A DNA stretch of 15,154 nt. Origin: Fidelibacterota bacterium (GTDB taxonomy: Bacteria; Fidelibacterota; UBA2242). The stretch covers positions 114,386 through 129,539 of the forward strand of contig JBNGDF010000005.1 of NCBI GenBank assembly GCA_049975265.1, read 5' to 3'. A program made the translations under genes and the position numbers. This document shows positions 1-6,986 of this stretch, piece by piece (the stretch's first letter is position 1; each line of letters begins with the position of its first letter). The notes beneath the pieces were generated by a model. The model was not told the origin of the DNA, did no database searches, and saw nothing but the letters and a program-made list of their open reading frames with translations.

Positions 1-779
1 GCTTCGATTGTATTTTGCATATAGCGCAGAACTTTTTGTGCCGTCTTGATTTCGTTGGAGTCCAGAGATGCGCCATAGGTCATTGTTCGGGTTAGAATAC
101 CCGCTTTGTCAAAATAGTATAGCAGCAGGCGACTATCCAAACCACCACTTATGGGGATATAGGCTTTATAATTATATGCTTTTAAATAATCTGTATAAAT
201 ATGAATCCGCTCATTCCATAATGATGCAAATTCCCGTTCTAAACGAGATGAATATTTTTTCTCTGTGAAGGGATAATGGAACACCCAATAGTCTTTTTCG
301 TGAAACGAGTATTTACCGTCAGTAAGAAGAAACTTTGAAATAGCATGGGGTTGGCATTCATATATCCCTTCTACCAGTGTTTTTTTACCCATCACATAGC
401 CAAATGTGTGCATCTCTATTGCGGATTCGGTATTTATTTTTTTATTGATTAAATGGGGTAATAATTTTTTCCAATCATTGGAAACAGCTACGATATCATC
501 CCGGTAATGATAATATATCGGATAAGTGCCCCAGCGATCATTATATATCTTGATGCTAGTATCGCTAACGATAATGAGGTTAAATGCCCCGTTATAGTCT
601 TTGATGAAATGATCGATTCGATCGGTCTTAAAATGCTCTGTTACAATAGGTAAAAACTCATTATCAAACAGTAATTGTTGATTCCATACTACATATCCAC
701 GAAAATAGAGGTAATGTGTGGGGTCCAGCTTGGAAAACCCTTCAAGTATTTTTTTTCCTGCGCCTATACAAATATACAT
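1..779 (-). CDS. Asparagine synthase-like amidotransferase/amide ligase, 3'-truncated by the window edge (absent from the ORF track)
   Basis: Hand translation from ATG at 779 (MYICIGAGKKILEGF...) stays open to position 1 (259 codons). It contains NGAFNLII, YNDRWGTYPIYY (DRxGxxPxYY), FGYVMGKKTLVEGI, KDYW and the PP-loop IPISGGLDSRLL (SGGLDSR at 129-149), then TMTYG and EIKTAQKV. An AGGA lies upstream of the ATG. Confidence 0.88.
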   Translation of the reverse strand, partial: MYICIGAGKKILEGFSKLDPTHYLYFRGYVVWNQQLLFDNEFLPIVTEHFKTDRIDHFIKDYNGAFNLIIVSDTSIKIYNDRWGTYPIYYHYRDDIVAVSNDWKKLLPHLINKKINTESAIEMHTFGYVMGKKTLVEGIYECQPHAISKFLLTDGKYSFHEKDYWVFHYPFTEKKYSSRLEREFASLWNERIHIYTDYLKAYNYKAYIPISGGLDSRLLLYYFDKAGILTRTMTYGASLDSNEIKTAQKVLRYMQNTIE

Positions 780-819
780 GATTCTATTCCTGCCCTATAA
801 GTTCATTTCTTTAAATATG

Positions 820-1809
820 TTAATATGAAAGTTCTGCCGGAAAATTGAACCATCCGGTTGGATAAAATTTAAGTGATCTTTTGAGATGATCTTTAGCCAG
901 GTCGATTTTAATTGATTTTAAGGCAGAAGGATATACTTCTGGTTCGAAATCATATCCGAGAACTTGGCATAAGGATTCGCAGTCGCAGAATGGGAGGGCT
1001 TTTTGCCGGGCTACTCGAGAGCGGATTCTAAAGACCGATAATGCGGTAATAATTTCTTTTTGAATTTCCAAGGGTGCTGCCTCGAATTGACTTTTTTTCT
1101 TCCGATTGATAGTCTGGTTTGGTTGATTTTGCCAGCTGCCGATTGATTCTCTTTTTTCATTCTCTTTTGGTATCAGGATTTTATTCTCAAATTTGAACTT
1201 TAAAAAGGCAAGGATTGCAGATAACTGTTTTTCCGGATCTTGCAGGAGGTCTTCATATTTAAGGTAATGATAATTTGAACTTTTTCGCACTTTCAAAGCT
1301 GAGGACATGTTATATATATACATACCCGCCGAAAAGATCGGCGAGTAACCTCTATTTACATAGGAAGCAACCGTTGCATAGGGGGATCGCGCAAGGTGAA
1401 TGACTTTATTTTTGGGGGATTGGTTTAAAAATTGTTTAAAGCAATAAACGTTGGATGGAGTTTTTTCAATCCAAATGTCAGCGTTATGTCTCTTTTTAGC
1501 AGGCATAAAATATTTATCAGCAAATTCCCTAATTGTATGTGCGCTGTCAATAAGACGATATAGATATTTTCTGGTCCAACCATATTGAGGATTCAGTAAC
1601 CGGGTTCCGGTATACGGTACCCAGCCTTCCGTAGCTAAAAATCGTGACGGTCCTTTAATTTTGTGTTTCTCCTTTTCCCAATTTCTAAACAGCTGCTCCT
1701 TATTGAAAAAATTCAGCTCAGGTCCGCAAAATATCCGGGGATGCCTATTTAAAATATGTCTTAATAACGTACTTCCGGTACTTCCACAACCACCAATCAA
1801 AACAGACAT
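820..1809 (-). CDS. PAPS-dependent sulfotransferase (Sulfotransfer_3-like)
   Basis: 329 aa. N-terminal LIGGCGSTGSTLLRHILNRHPRIFCGPE (5'-PSB region), WIEKTPSN, IHLARSPYATVAS (3'-PB region) and LKYEDLLQDPE. Its start directly abuts the stop of the upstream GT4. Confidence 0.88.
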   Translation of the reverse strand: MSVLIGGCGSTGSTLLRHILNRHPRIFCGPELNFFNKEQLFRNWEKEKHKIKGPSRFLATEGWVPYTGTRLLNPQYGWTRKYLYRLIDSAHTIREFADKYFMPAKKRHNADIWIEKTPSNVYCFKQFLNQSPKNKVIHLARSPYATVASYVNRGYSPIFSAGMYIYNMSSALKVRKSSNYHYLKYEDLLQDPEKQLSAILAFLKFKFENKILIPKENEKRESIGSWQNQPNQTINRKKKSQFEAAPLEIQKEIITALSVFRIRSRVARQKALPFCDCESLCQVLGYDFEPEVYPSALKSIKIDLAKDHLKRSLKFYPTGWFNFPAELSY

Positions 1810-3024
1810 TCATTTCCTCATTGATGTGTTTATTATCTTCTCATATTGCCTGAGATACTGTTTATGATATATTTCTTTACAATAATGATTTCGCACAGCG
1901 ACACTTCCATTCTTACCCAGTCTATCACACAATATTTTATTGCTGTATAACGTTAAAACTTTAGTGATAAAGTCATCAATATTTCCAGATTCAAATATTA
2001 AACCACACTGGTGTCTATTAATAATTTCTTCCTGCGGTACACAATTACTAACCAGCAATGGTCTTTCAAACAACATGTACTGAAAGATTTTATTAGCAAC
2101 ACCGGATTCATGCTGTTCATTTTTAATAATTGGCGAAAGACAAACATCGCTTTTACTGATATATGAAGGCAACAAACTTATATCTTTCCATTTATAGTGA
2201 ATAATGTGATTTTGCAGCCCTGGAGCATGTAGATATTTATTAAAACATGGTTCATCGGCTTTATCAACAGGTCCAATCATTAAAAGCAATATCTCTGGTA
2301 TTTTTTCAACCAGAGTTGGGAGTGCTTCCAATACCGTAAAAATCCCCCTTCTTTCAGCAATCGCACCAAAATAGAGAAGAGTAAACCGCCCCGAAGTATC
2401 AATAATATCTTCCCGAACAGGATATCGTCCGAATTCTTTAATACTGGGTAGATTTGGATAGACAACAAATTGATTATCTTTCAAAAACGAATATTGTTTC
2501 ATCAGCTGATTTTTAAAATACTCACTCAGCACAATAAGTCCATTAATCTTCTGTAATATAATTTTTTCAAGAGACATCCACCGTTGAGGTCGGATAAAGA
2601 TTTTTTGGGGGAATTTATTCGCCCAGCTATATGTACGAATGGCAGCCGGATAGTTCTCATGTAAATCAACAATTATCGGGACCTTTAAATTTTTGGATGA
2701 CCGAATTGCAGCTGGCGCCATATAGAGATCATGGACATGCAAAACATCAATTTTATAGTCCTTAATGAATTGTTCAATATAGGTCGTCCATTTCTTTGTA
2801 TAAAAATCAAGTCTACTTCCGATAAGTGCTCTGCCATTTCGAATCCATTTTCTATGGCGGTTAATTTCTACAAGTTTAATTCCTTTATAATTATTGTGGT
2901 CATGACCGCTGGCAGGATAGCAGATAATCGACACCGAGTAACCAGCCTGAATCAACATGCTTGCCTCATTCTCTACCCGTGAATCCGGTGGAAATTGCTT
3001 GTCCAGCACCATCCCTATTCGCAT
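1810..3024 (-). CDS. Glycosyltransferase family 4 (GT-B)
   Basis: 404 aa. FPPDSRVENEA at the N-terminus, DVLHVHDL, IIVDLHE, LLYFGAIAERRG, SDVCLSP and NKIFQYMLFERPLLVSN (variant of NKLFEYMxxGxP). Confidence 0.9.
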   Translation of the reverse strand: MRIGMVLDKQFPPDSRVENEASMLIQAGYSVSIICYPASGHDHNNYKGIKLVEINRHRKWIRNGRALIGSRLDFYTKKWTTYIEQFIKDYKIDVLHVHDLYMAPAAIRSSKNLKVPIIVDLHENYPAAIRTYSWANKFPQKIFIRPQRWMSLEKIILQKINGLIVLSEYFKNQLMKQYSFLKDNQFVVYPNLPSIKEFGRYPVREDIIDTSGRFTLLYFGAIAERRGIFTVLEALPTLVEKIPEILLLMIGPVDKADEPCFNKYLHAPGLQNHIIHYKWKDISLLPSYISKSDVCLSPIIKNEQHESGVANKIFQYMLFERPLLVSNCVPQEEIINRHQCGLIFESGNIDDFITKVLTLYSNKILCDRLGKNGSVAVRNHYCKEIYHKQYLRQYEKIINTSMRK

Positions 3025-3563
3025 AATTTACCCTTCTTCATGAGCACCAGCAGCGGCTCTTTCTCAAAATTAGCCTGTAATTTCTTAAACTCAGCCTGAT
3101 TCAGAATCAATGTCCCGATCTTGCGGTTGATCAATGCTTCTGTCTTCTTTCTCACCCGTTCAATTTCATCGTAATTGATATCATCGCCCACAATGACCAG
3201 TTCGATTAATCCTGTATCCTTGCCAACGGCGTAATCCCCTTTGATAAATGCCAGTTCAATGTCACCGGATTTGCGCAGAATGTTTTCGATGACCTGATCA
3301 ATACCGGTGGACTTCAGCACGATGGTGCGGATTTCTTCGAAGAGAGGGTGTCTGATGTTGGCGCGATAGACTTTGTTGCGCCCCTCTTTGCGGGCTTCCA
3401 GAATTTTAGCGTCGTTCAATCGGTTCAACTCTATGCGAATACCGTTGGTGGATTCGTTGAATTCTGTTGCCAGCTGGCGGAGATAGCCGCTGTTTTTCGG
3501 ATTGAGAAAAAATTTCAGCAGAAGTTTGATGCGGGTTTCGGATGTGATTAAAGTGTCAAGCAT
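3015..3563 (-). CDS. ArsR-like winged-helix transcriptional regulator with a degenerate nucleotidyltransferase-like C-terminal domain
   Basis: 182 aa. LITSETRIKLLLKFFLNP..GYLRQLATEFNESTNGIRIELNRL (HTH) and KEGRNKVYRAN (wing). C-terminal AFIKGDYAVGKDTGLIELVIVG resembles a decayed hGS..DxD motif. It overlaps the next gene by 10 nt. Confidence 0.8.
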   Translation of the reverse strand: MLDTLITSETRIKLLLKFFLNPKNSGYLRQLATEFNESTNGIRIELNRLNDAKILEARKEGRNKVYRANIRHPLFEEIRTIVLKSTGIDQVIENILRKSGDIELAFIKGDYAVGKDTGLIELVIVGDDINYDEIERVRKKTEALINRKIGTLILNQAEFKKLQANFEKEPLLVLMKKGKLCE

Positions 3564-3564
3564 A

Positions 3565-3593
3565 TTTTATGAGTAATAATATTACTCGTAAAA
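3565..3593. promoter_or_regulatory. Palindromic operator upstream of the ArsR-like gene
   Basis: Perfect GAGTAATA-a-TATTACTC (3571-3587), extending to ttttat...gtaaaa with one mismatch (13 of 14 bp per arm). It lies between the predicted -10 box and the ATG at 3563. Confidence 0.7.
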
Positions 3594-3620
3594 GATAAAA
3601 TACACTGCTGTTTTTGTCAA
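3592..3620 (-). promoter_or_regulatory. Sigma70-type promoter for the regulator-GT4-sulfotransferase block
   Basis: The minus strand reads TTGACA (3620-3615), a 17-nt spacer, then TATCTT (3597-3592), inside the largest intergenic gap of the locus (3564-3627). Confidence 0.7.
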
Positions 3621-3627
3621 GTATTTT

Positions 3628-4917
3628 TTATTGCCAGAAATGCCACAGGTCTTCCGGGGTTTCACGCCGTTTTAAGAGTTGACGTTTTTTCCCGCTATCG
3701 GAATAGCCGATGACGACGGGAATTTGGCGACTCAGGTGGCGACTCCACATGCTTAGTGTATAACCGCCGGTGTCGTGAATAATGATGAAATCGCCGGGAT
3801 GAATTTCCGGCAGTTCAATATCACGGGCTAAAATATCCCCGCTGAAGCAGAGCGGACCGACGATATTGTATTTTCGAAGATGGTGGCAATTTTTTATCAT
3901 TCCATGAGAATCCAGTACACTGAAATCGTGGTGCCAGTCCTGGGGAAAATAGCAACGTCGCATCAGGAAGTCGGCGCCGACATGAATCACGGCGGTGTTG
4001 GTGTTGCAGTATTCCTTGACGTATTCAACCCGGGATGCCGTCCAGCCGGCATTGGCGAATACCGACCGCCCGAATTCGGTGATTACCCGGTATTTTCCGG
4101 TAAACAGTCCGGGGCACTTTTGACGGAGCTGGTCGCGGTACAGCTCCATGGATGGTGGTTCGCGGTCCTTGTGGTAAGAGACCGGAAAACCGCCACCGAT
4201 ATCAACGATTTTGATTCTGTTTTTGGTAAACTTCCCGGCGAGCCACCGATTGGTCTCCTCTACGAAATTATAGACTTTCTGGACACCCTTGACCAGTTGG
4301 TCGACCGGATAGCCCTGACTGCCGATATGCAGGTGGACGCCGGTTAACCACGGATATTGGTAAAAAGCCTGACGGATCTCTTCACGGAATTCATCCATAG
4401 GCACGCCAAATTTTGAGTAATCGCCGGTGGTGCTGGTAATGGCGATTTTGCCCTGCCCGATTTGGGGATTGATTCGCAGACCGAAACGGCTCCGGGTCGA
4501 TCGGTTTTTTAGCAGATCAATGATGCGATTCATTTCGCTGAACGAATCGATATTCAGGTGAATGCCCAGATCAATTGCGTGGGAGAGCTCCCTGGTGGTT
4601 TTCGCCGGTGAATCAAAGACGATTTTTCGGGGTGCGAATCCGCTTTTTTCGGCGATGTAGAGCTCCGGGAAGGTGGCGGCTTCCGCACCGACGCCCAGTG
4701 ATTTGACGATTTTTAGAACTTTTGGAAGCGGGCAGGCTTTTAATGCCAGAGCATGCAGGGCGTCGGGGAAAAGGGATTGGATATACAGAATCCGCTCTTT
4801 GAGATAATCCAGATCGTAGCAGATAATTGTGTTGTCGCGGCTTTTTTGGATTAGAAAGGAGTCCAAAATTCCGGGTAGTGCCGTGCCGATTGTGGTGAGG
4901 GGGATATGGTGGTGCAT
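3628..4917 (-). CDS. Fold-type III PLP-dependent decarboxylase (Orn/DAP/Arg family, LysA-like; substrate probably not DAP, candidate cysteate decarboxylase)
   Basis: 429 aa. ALKAC (PLP Lys), VFDSPAKT, NIDS, LRINP, SKFG, GVHLHIGSQ, DIGGGF, TEFGRS, GPLCFSGD and DTGGY. The family is secure but the substrate is inferred. Confidence 0.85.
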   Translation of the reverse strand: MHHHIPLTTIGTALPGILDSFLIQKSRDNTIICYDLDYLKERILYIQSLFPDALHALALKACPLPKVLKIVKSLGVGAEAATFPELYIAEKSGFAPRKIVFDSPAKTTRELSHAIDLGIHLNIDSFSEMNRIIDLLKNRSTRSRFGLRINPQIGQGKIAITSTTGDYSKFGVPMDEFREEIRQAFYQYPWLTGVHLHIGSQGYPVDQLVKGVQKVYNFVEETNRWLAGKFTKNRIKIVDIGGGFPVSYHKDREPPSMELYRDQLRQKCPGLFTGKYRVITEFGRSVFANAGWTASRVEYVKEYCNTNTAVIHVGADFLMRRCYFPQDWHHDFSVLDSHGMIKNCHHLRKYNIVGPLCFSGDILARDIELPEIHPGDFIIIHDTGGYTLSMWSRHLSRQIPVVIGYSDSGKKRQLLKRRETPEDLWHFWQ

Positions 4918-4921
4918 AGCA

Positions 4922-5611
4922 TTAATAGCGGTTTAAACCGCACTCGACTTTTTCGCTGTCGTGCCACCGGCATTCCCGTTCATTGGAAGGATTTTCAATT
5001 GCCGTGGTACAGGGCTGACAACCGATACTGTGATAGTTCATATCGTAAAGCGGATTGTAGGGAATTTTATACTGATGGATAAAGTCCCACAATTCTGCGC
5101 GATGGCGGTTGTAAAGCGGGTGAATTTTGAGTGTCCCCCGGGAATCGATTTCCACCGGTCGGATGTTAGCACGGTTGGGAGTCTGATCGCGGCGAATGGC
5201 GCTTAGCCAGGCTTTTTTAAGGGGTAGAATATTCAGCAGCGATCTAATCTTCAGATGGTAACAGCATTGGTCGGAATTGGTTTTATAAGGAGGGTTGCCA
5301 ACCATGGCAATCAGCTCAGCGTGGCTGATTTCGGGTTCGATTATTTTCAGATTCAGCTGCCATTTTTCCCGTAATTCTTTCACAAACCGGACTGTTTCCG
5401 GAAAATGGTAACCTGTATCAAAGAAAAAGAGTTCTATACCCGGATAATATTTTCTCAGGTGATAAATTAATACAACACCGTTATAGCTGCAGGTTGTCGT
5501 CATGCCCAGGTCGCTGCCATAGGTCTCCACTGCCCATTTCAAGATGCCGTCAATATCGGCATTCAGCAGTTTGCGATTAGCCTTTTCGACAAATTCTTGA
5601 TCAATCTTCAT
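4922..5611 (-). CDS. cysH: Adenylyl-sulfate/phosphoadenylyl-sulfate reductase (CysH family, [4Fe-4S] type)
   Basis: 229 aa. FDTGYHFPET, CCYHLK, AIRRDQ, KIHPL, YNPLYD..YHSIGCQPCT and C-terminal ECRW...ECGLN. The CC...CxxC motif marks the Fe-S class. Confidence 0.9.
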   Translation of the reverse strand: MKIDQEFVEKANRKLLNADIDGILKWAVETYGSDLGMTTTCSYNGVVLIYHLRKYYPGIELFFFDTGYHFPETVRFVKELREKWQLNLKIIEPEISHAELIAMVGNPPYKTNSDQCCYHLKIRSLLNILPLKKAWLSAIRRDQTPNRANIRPVEIDSRGTLKIHPLYNRHRAELWDFIHQYKIPYNPLYDMNYHSIGCQPCTTAIENPSNERECRWHDSEKVECGLNRY

Positions 5612-5627
5612 TATTTACTTTCCATTT

Positions 5628-6953
5628 TTAGGTAAACAGTTGGGCGATTTTCTGCCATTGTCGTGAAATTTTTCGATTCCGATCCACCGGCTGACATTCC
5701 GACAGTTTCGTAATCATGGGCTTTTTGGTGATATATTTTTGGGTAAAATCCGGCTCGCGCAGAACCCCCTCGCCGAGATTTAATACGACAATGTCGCCGT
5801 TGAAAATCCGACCAGTGTGGAGTGCCTGAAACAGGCCCAACACCGGGAGGGCTGCAGCGGGGCCAACCAGAACCGAGCGTTCCATAGCGATTAACCGTGC
5901 CACATGAATCACTTTGCTTTCGTCTCCGGCGATGATATCGCCACCGGTTTTGCGGACAAACTGGCTCAAAAACGGATATGTTTTCGGGTTTCCGGTTGCC
6001 AGTGTGGGGATAGTCGTTTGTGGTTTTTTAATGATTGGAAAATCGTTCTGCCAGCCTTTGGGAAAATTATTGTTTCGGGCTTTCTCCCAGGCGATTGCCA
6101 TGGGAGCACATTTACTGGATTGAACCAAAATTTGCCTTGGTAATTGTGAGACCAGGTTAAGCGGTTCCAGCTCCATAAAGGCTTTTTCGATACCCAGCGG
6201 ACCGGTTCCGCCGCTTAGTGCCTGGATATAGACCGTCGGGAAATCTTCCAGAACCCGCAGCCACTCGTAGACCATTGTTTTTTTTGCTTCCACCCGCAGG
6301 GGATCAAAATTACCGGCGGCTAATAAAATTCCGTGGTTTGCCGCAAATTCCGCCGCCATTATTTTGGCGGCTTCGTAATCACCGTCCACGCGAAACACCG
6401 TTTGTCCGTAGCCGCCGATATGCGCTTCCTGTAAGACGGAGGAATTGTAGGGGATAAATGCGTAGAGCGCAATCCGGGCGGCAGAAAGGTATTTTGAATA
6501 GGCTGTTGCGATATTACCGGTACTGGCGACGACATAGTTGTCATAGCGGTTTTCCCGCAAGGCGCTGGCAACCACCGTACCAGCCATGTCTTTGAAGGTG
6601 CCGGTACCGGGATTCAGGTCGTTTCGCTGAATGTAGATTTTACAATCCAGATTCAGTACTTCATGGGCGTATCGCTCAATGAAATCCCAGCGTTCAATCG
6701 GTACGATTCCCTCATTGAAAGTGACGATATTTTTCCTGTCCAAGAGGGGGAGATAGTCAAAATAGTGCCAGATATTTTTTGGTTCAAGCCCTTTCCGAAC
6801 CAGTTTTTTCAGCGGTTCATAGCCGCTGTGATAGTGGACAATGACTTTATGACCGCCACACTTGTCGCATTTTTGCCAGTTGGAAAACCATGTTTTGAAA
6901 TCGGGAATTTGGTTGTTGCATTCGCGACACTGCAGGAAAAGTTTGGATTTCAT
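5628..6953 (-). CDS. Threonine synthase-like fold-II PLP enzyme, candidate cysteate synthase
   Basis: 441 aa. N-terminal CxxC...CxxC (CREC/CDKC), NPGTGTFKD (PLP Lys), VASTGN, RVEAKKT, YIQALSGGTG, GPAAA and VVLNLGEG. Confidence 0.8.
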   Translation of the reverse strand: MKSKLFLQCRECNNQIPDFKTWFSNWQKCDKCGGHKVIVHYHSGYEPLKKLVRKGLEPKNIWHYFDYLPLLDRKNIVTFNEGIVPIERWDFIERYAHEVLNLDCKIYIQRNDLNPGTGTFKDMAGTVVASALRENRYDNYVVASTGNIATAYSKYLSAARIALYAFIPYNSSVLQEAHIGGYGQTVFRVDGDYEAAKIMAAEFAANHGILLAAGNFDPLRVEAKKTMVYEWLRVLEDFPTVYIQALSGGTGPLGIEKAFMELEPLNLVSQLPRQILVQSSKCAPMAIAWEKARNNNFPKGWQNDFPIIKKPQTTIPTLATGNPKTYPFLSQFVRKTGGDIIAGDESKVIHVARLIAMERSVLVGPAAALPVLGLFQALHTGRIFNGDIVVLNLGEGVLREPDFTQKYITKKPMITKLSECQPVDRNRKISRQWQKIAQLFT

Positions 6954-6986
6954 GAGATTTGAACCGGTTTTTTCAGATTTTCATTG

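Noticed and set aside
68..268. 66-aa plus-strand ORF in an apparently empty region
   Set aside because: It lies opposite the asparagine-synthase-like CDS (1-779), which has clear motifs.
795..806. ATG-AAC-TTA-TAG in frame with the ATG at 779 (possible readthrough or nonsense mutation)
   Set aside because: Readthrough would add only 9 residues with no N-terminal Cys, and the ATG at 779 has its own AGGA. It is probably chance.
3565..3593. Inverted repeat as an intrinsic terminator
   Set aside because: The stem is AT-rich with a 1-nt centre and no following U-tract on the transcribed strand. Its position over the promoter fits an operator better.
4922..5611. CysH-like protein as DndC/SspD of a DNA phosphorothioation system
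   Set aside because: It has the size and the ECGL and CC/CxxC motifs of true sulfonucleotide reductases, and no dnd or ssp partners are present.
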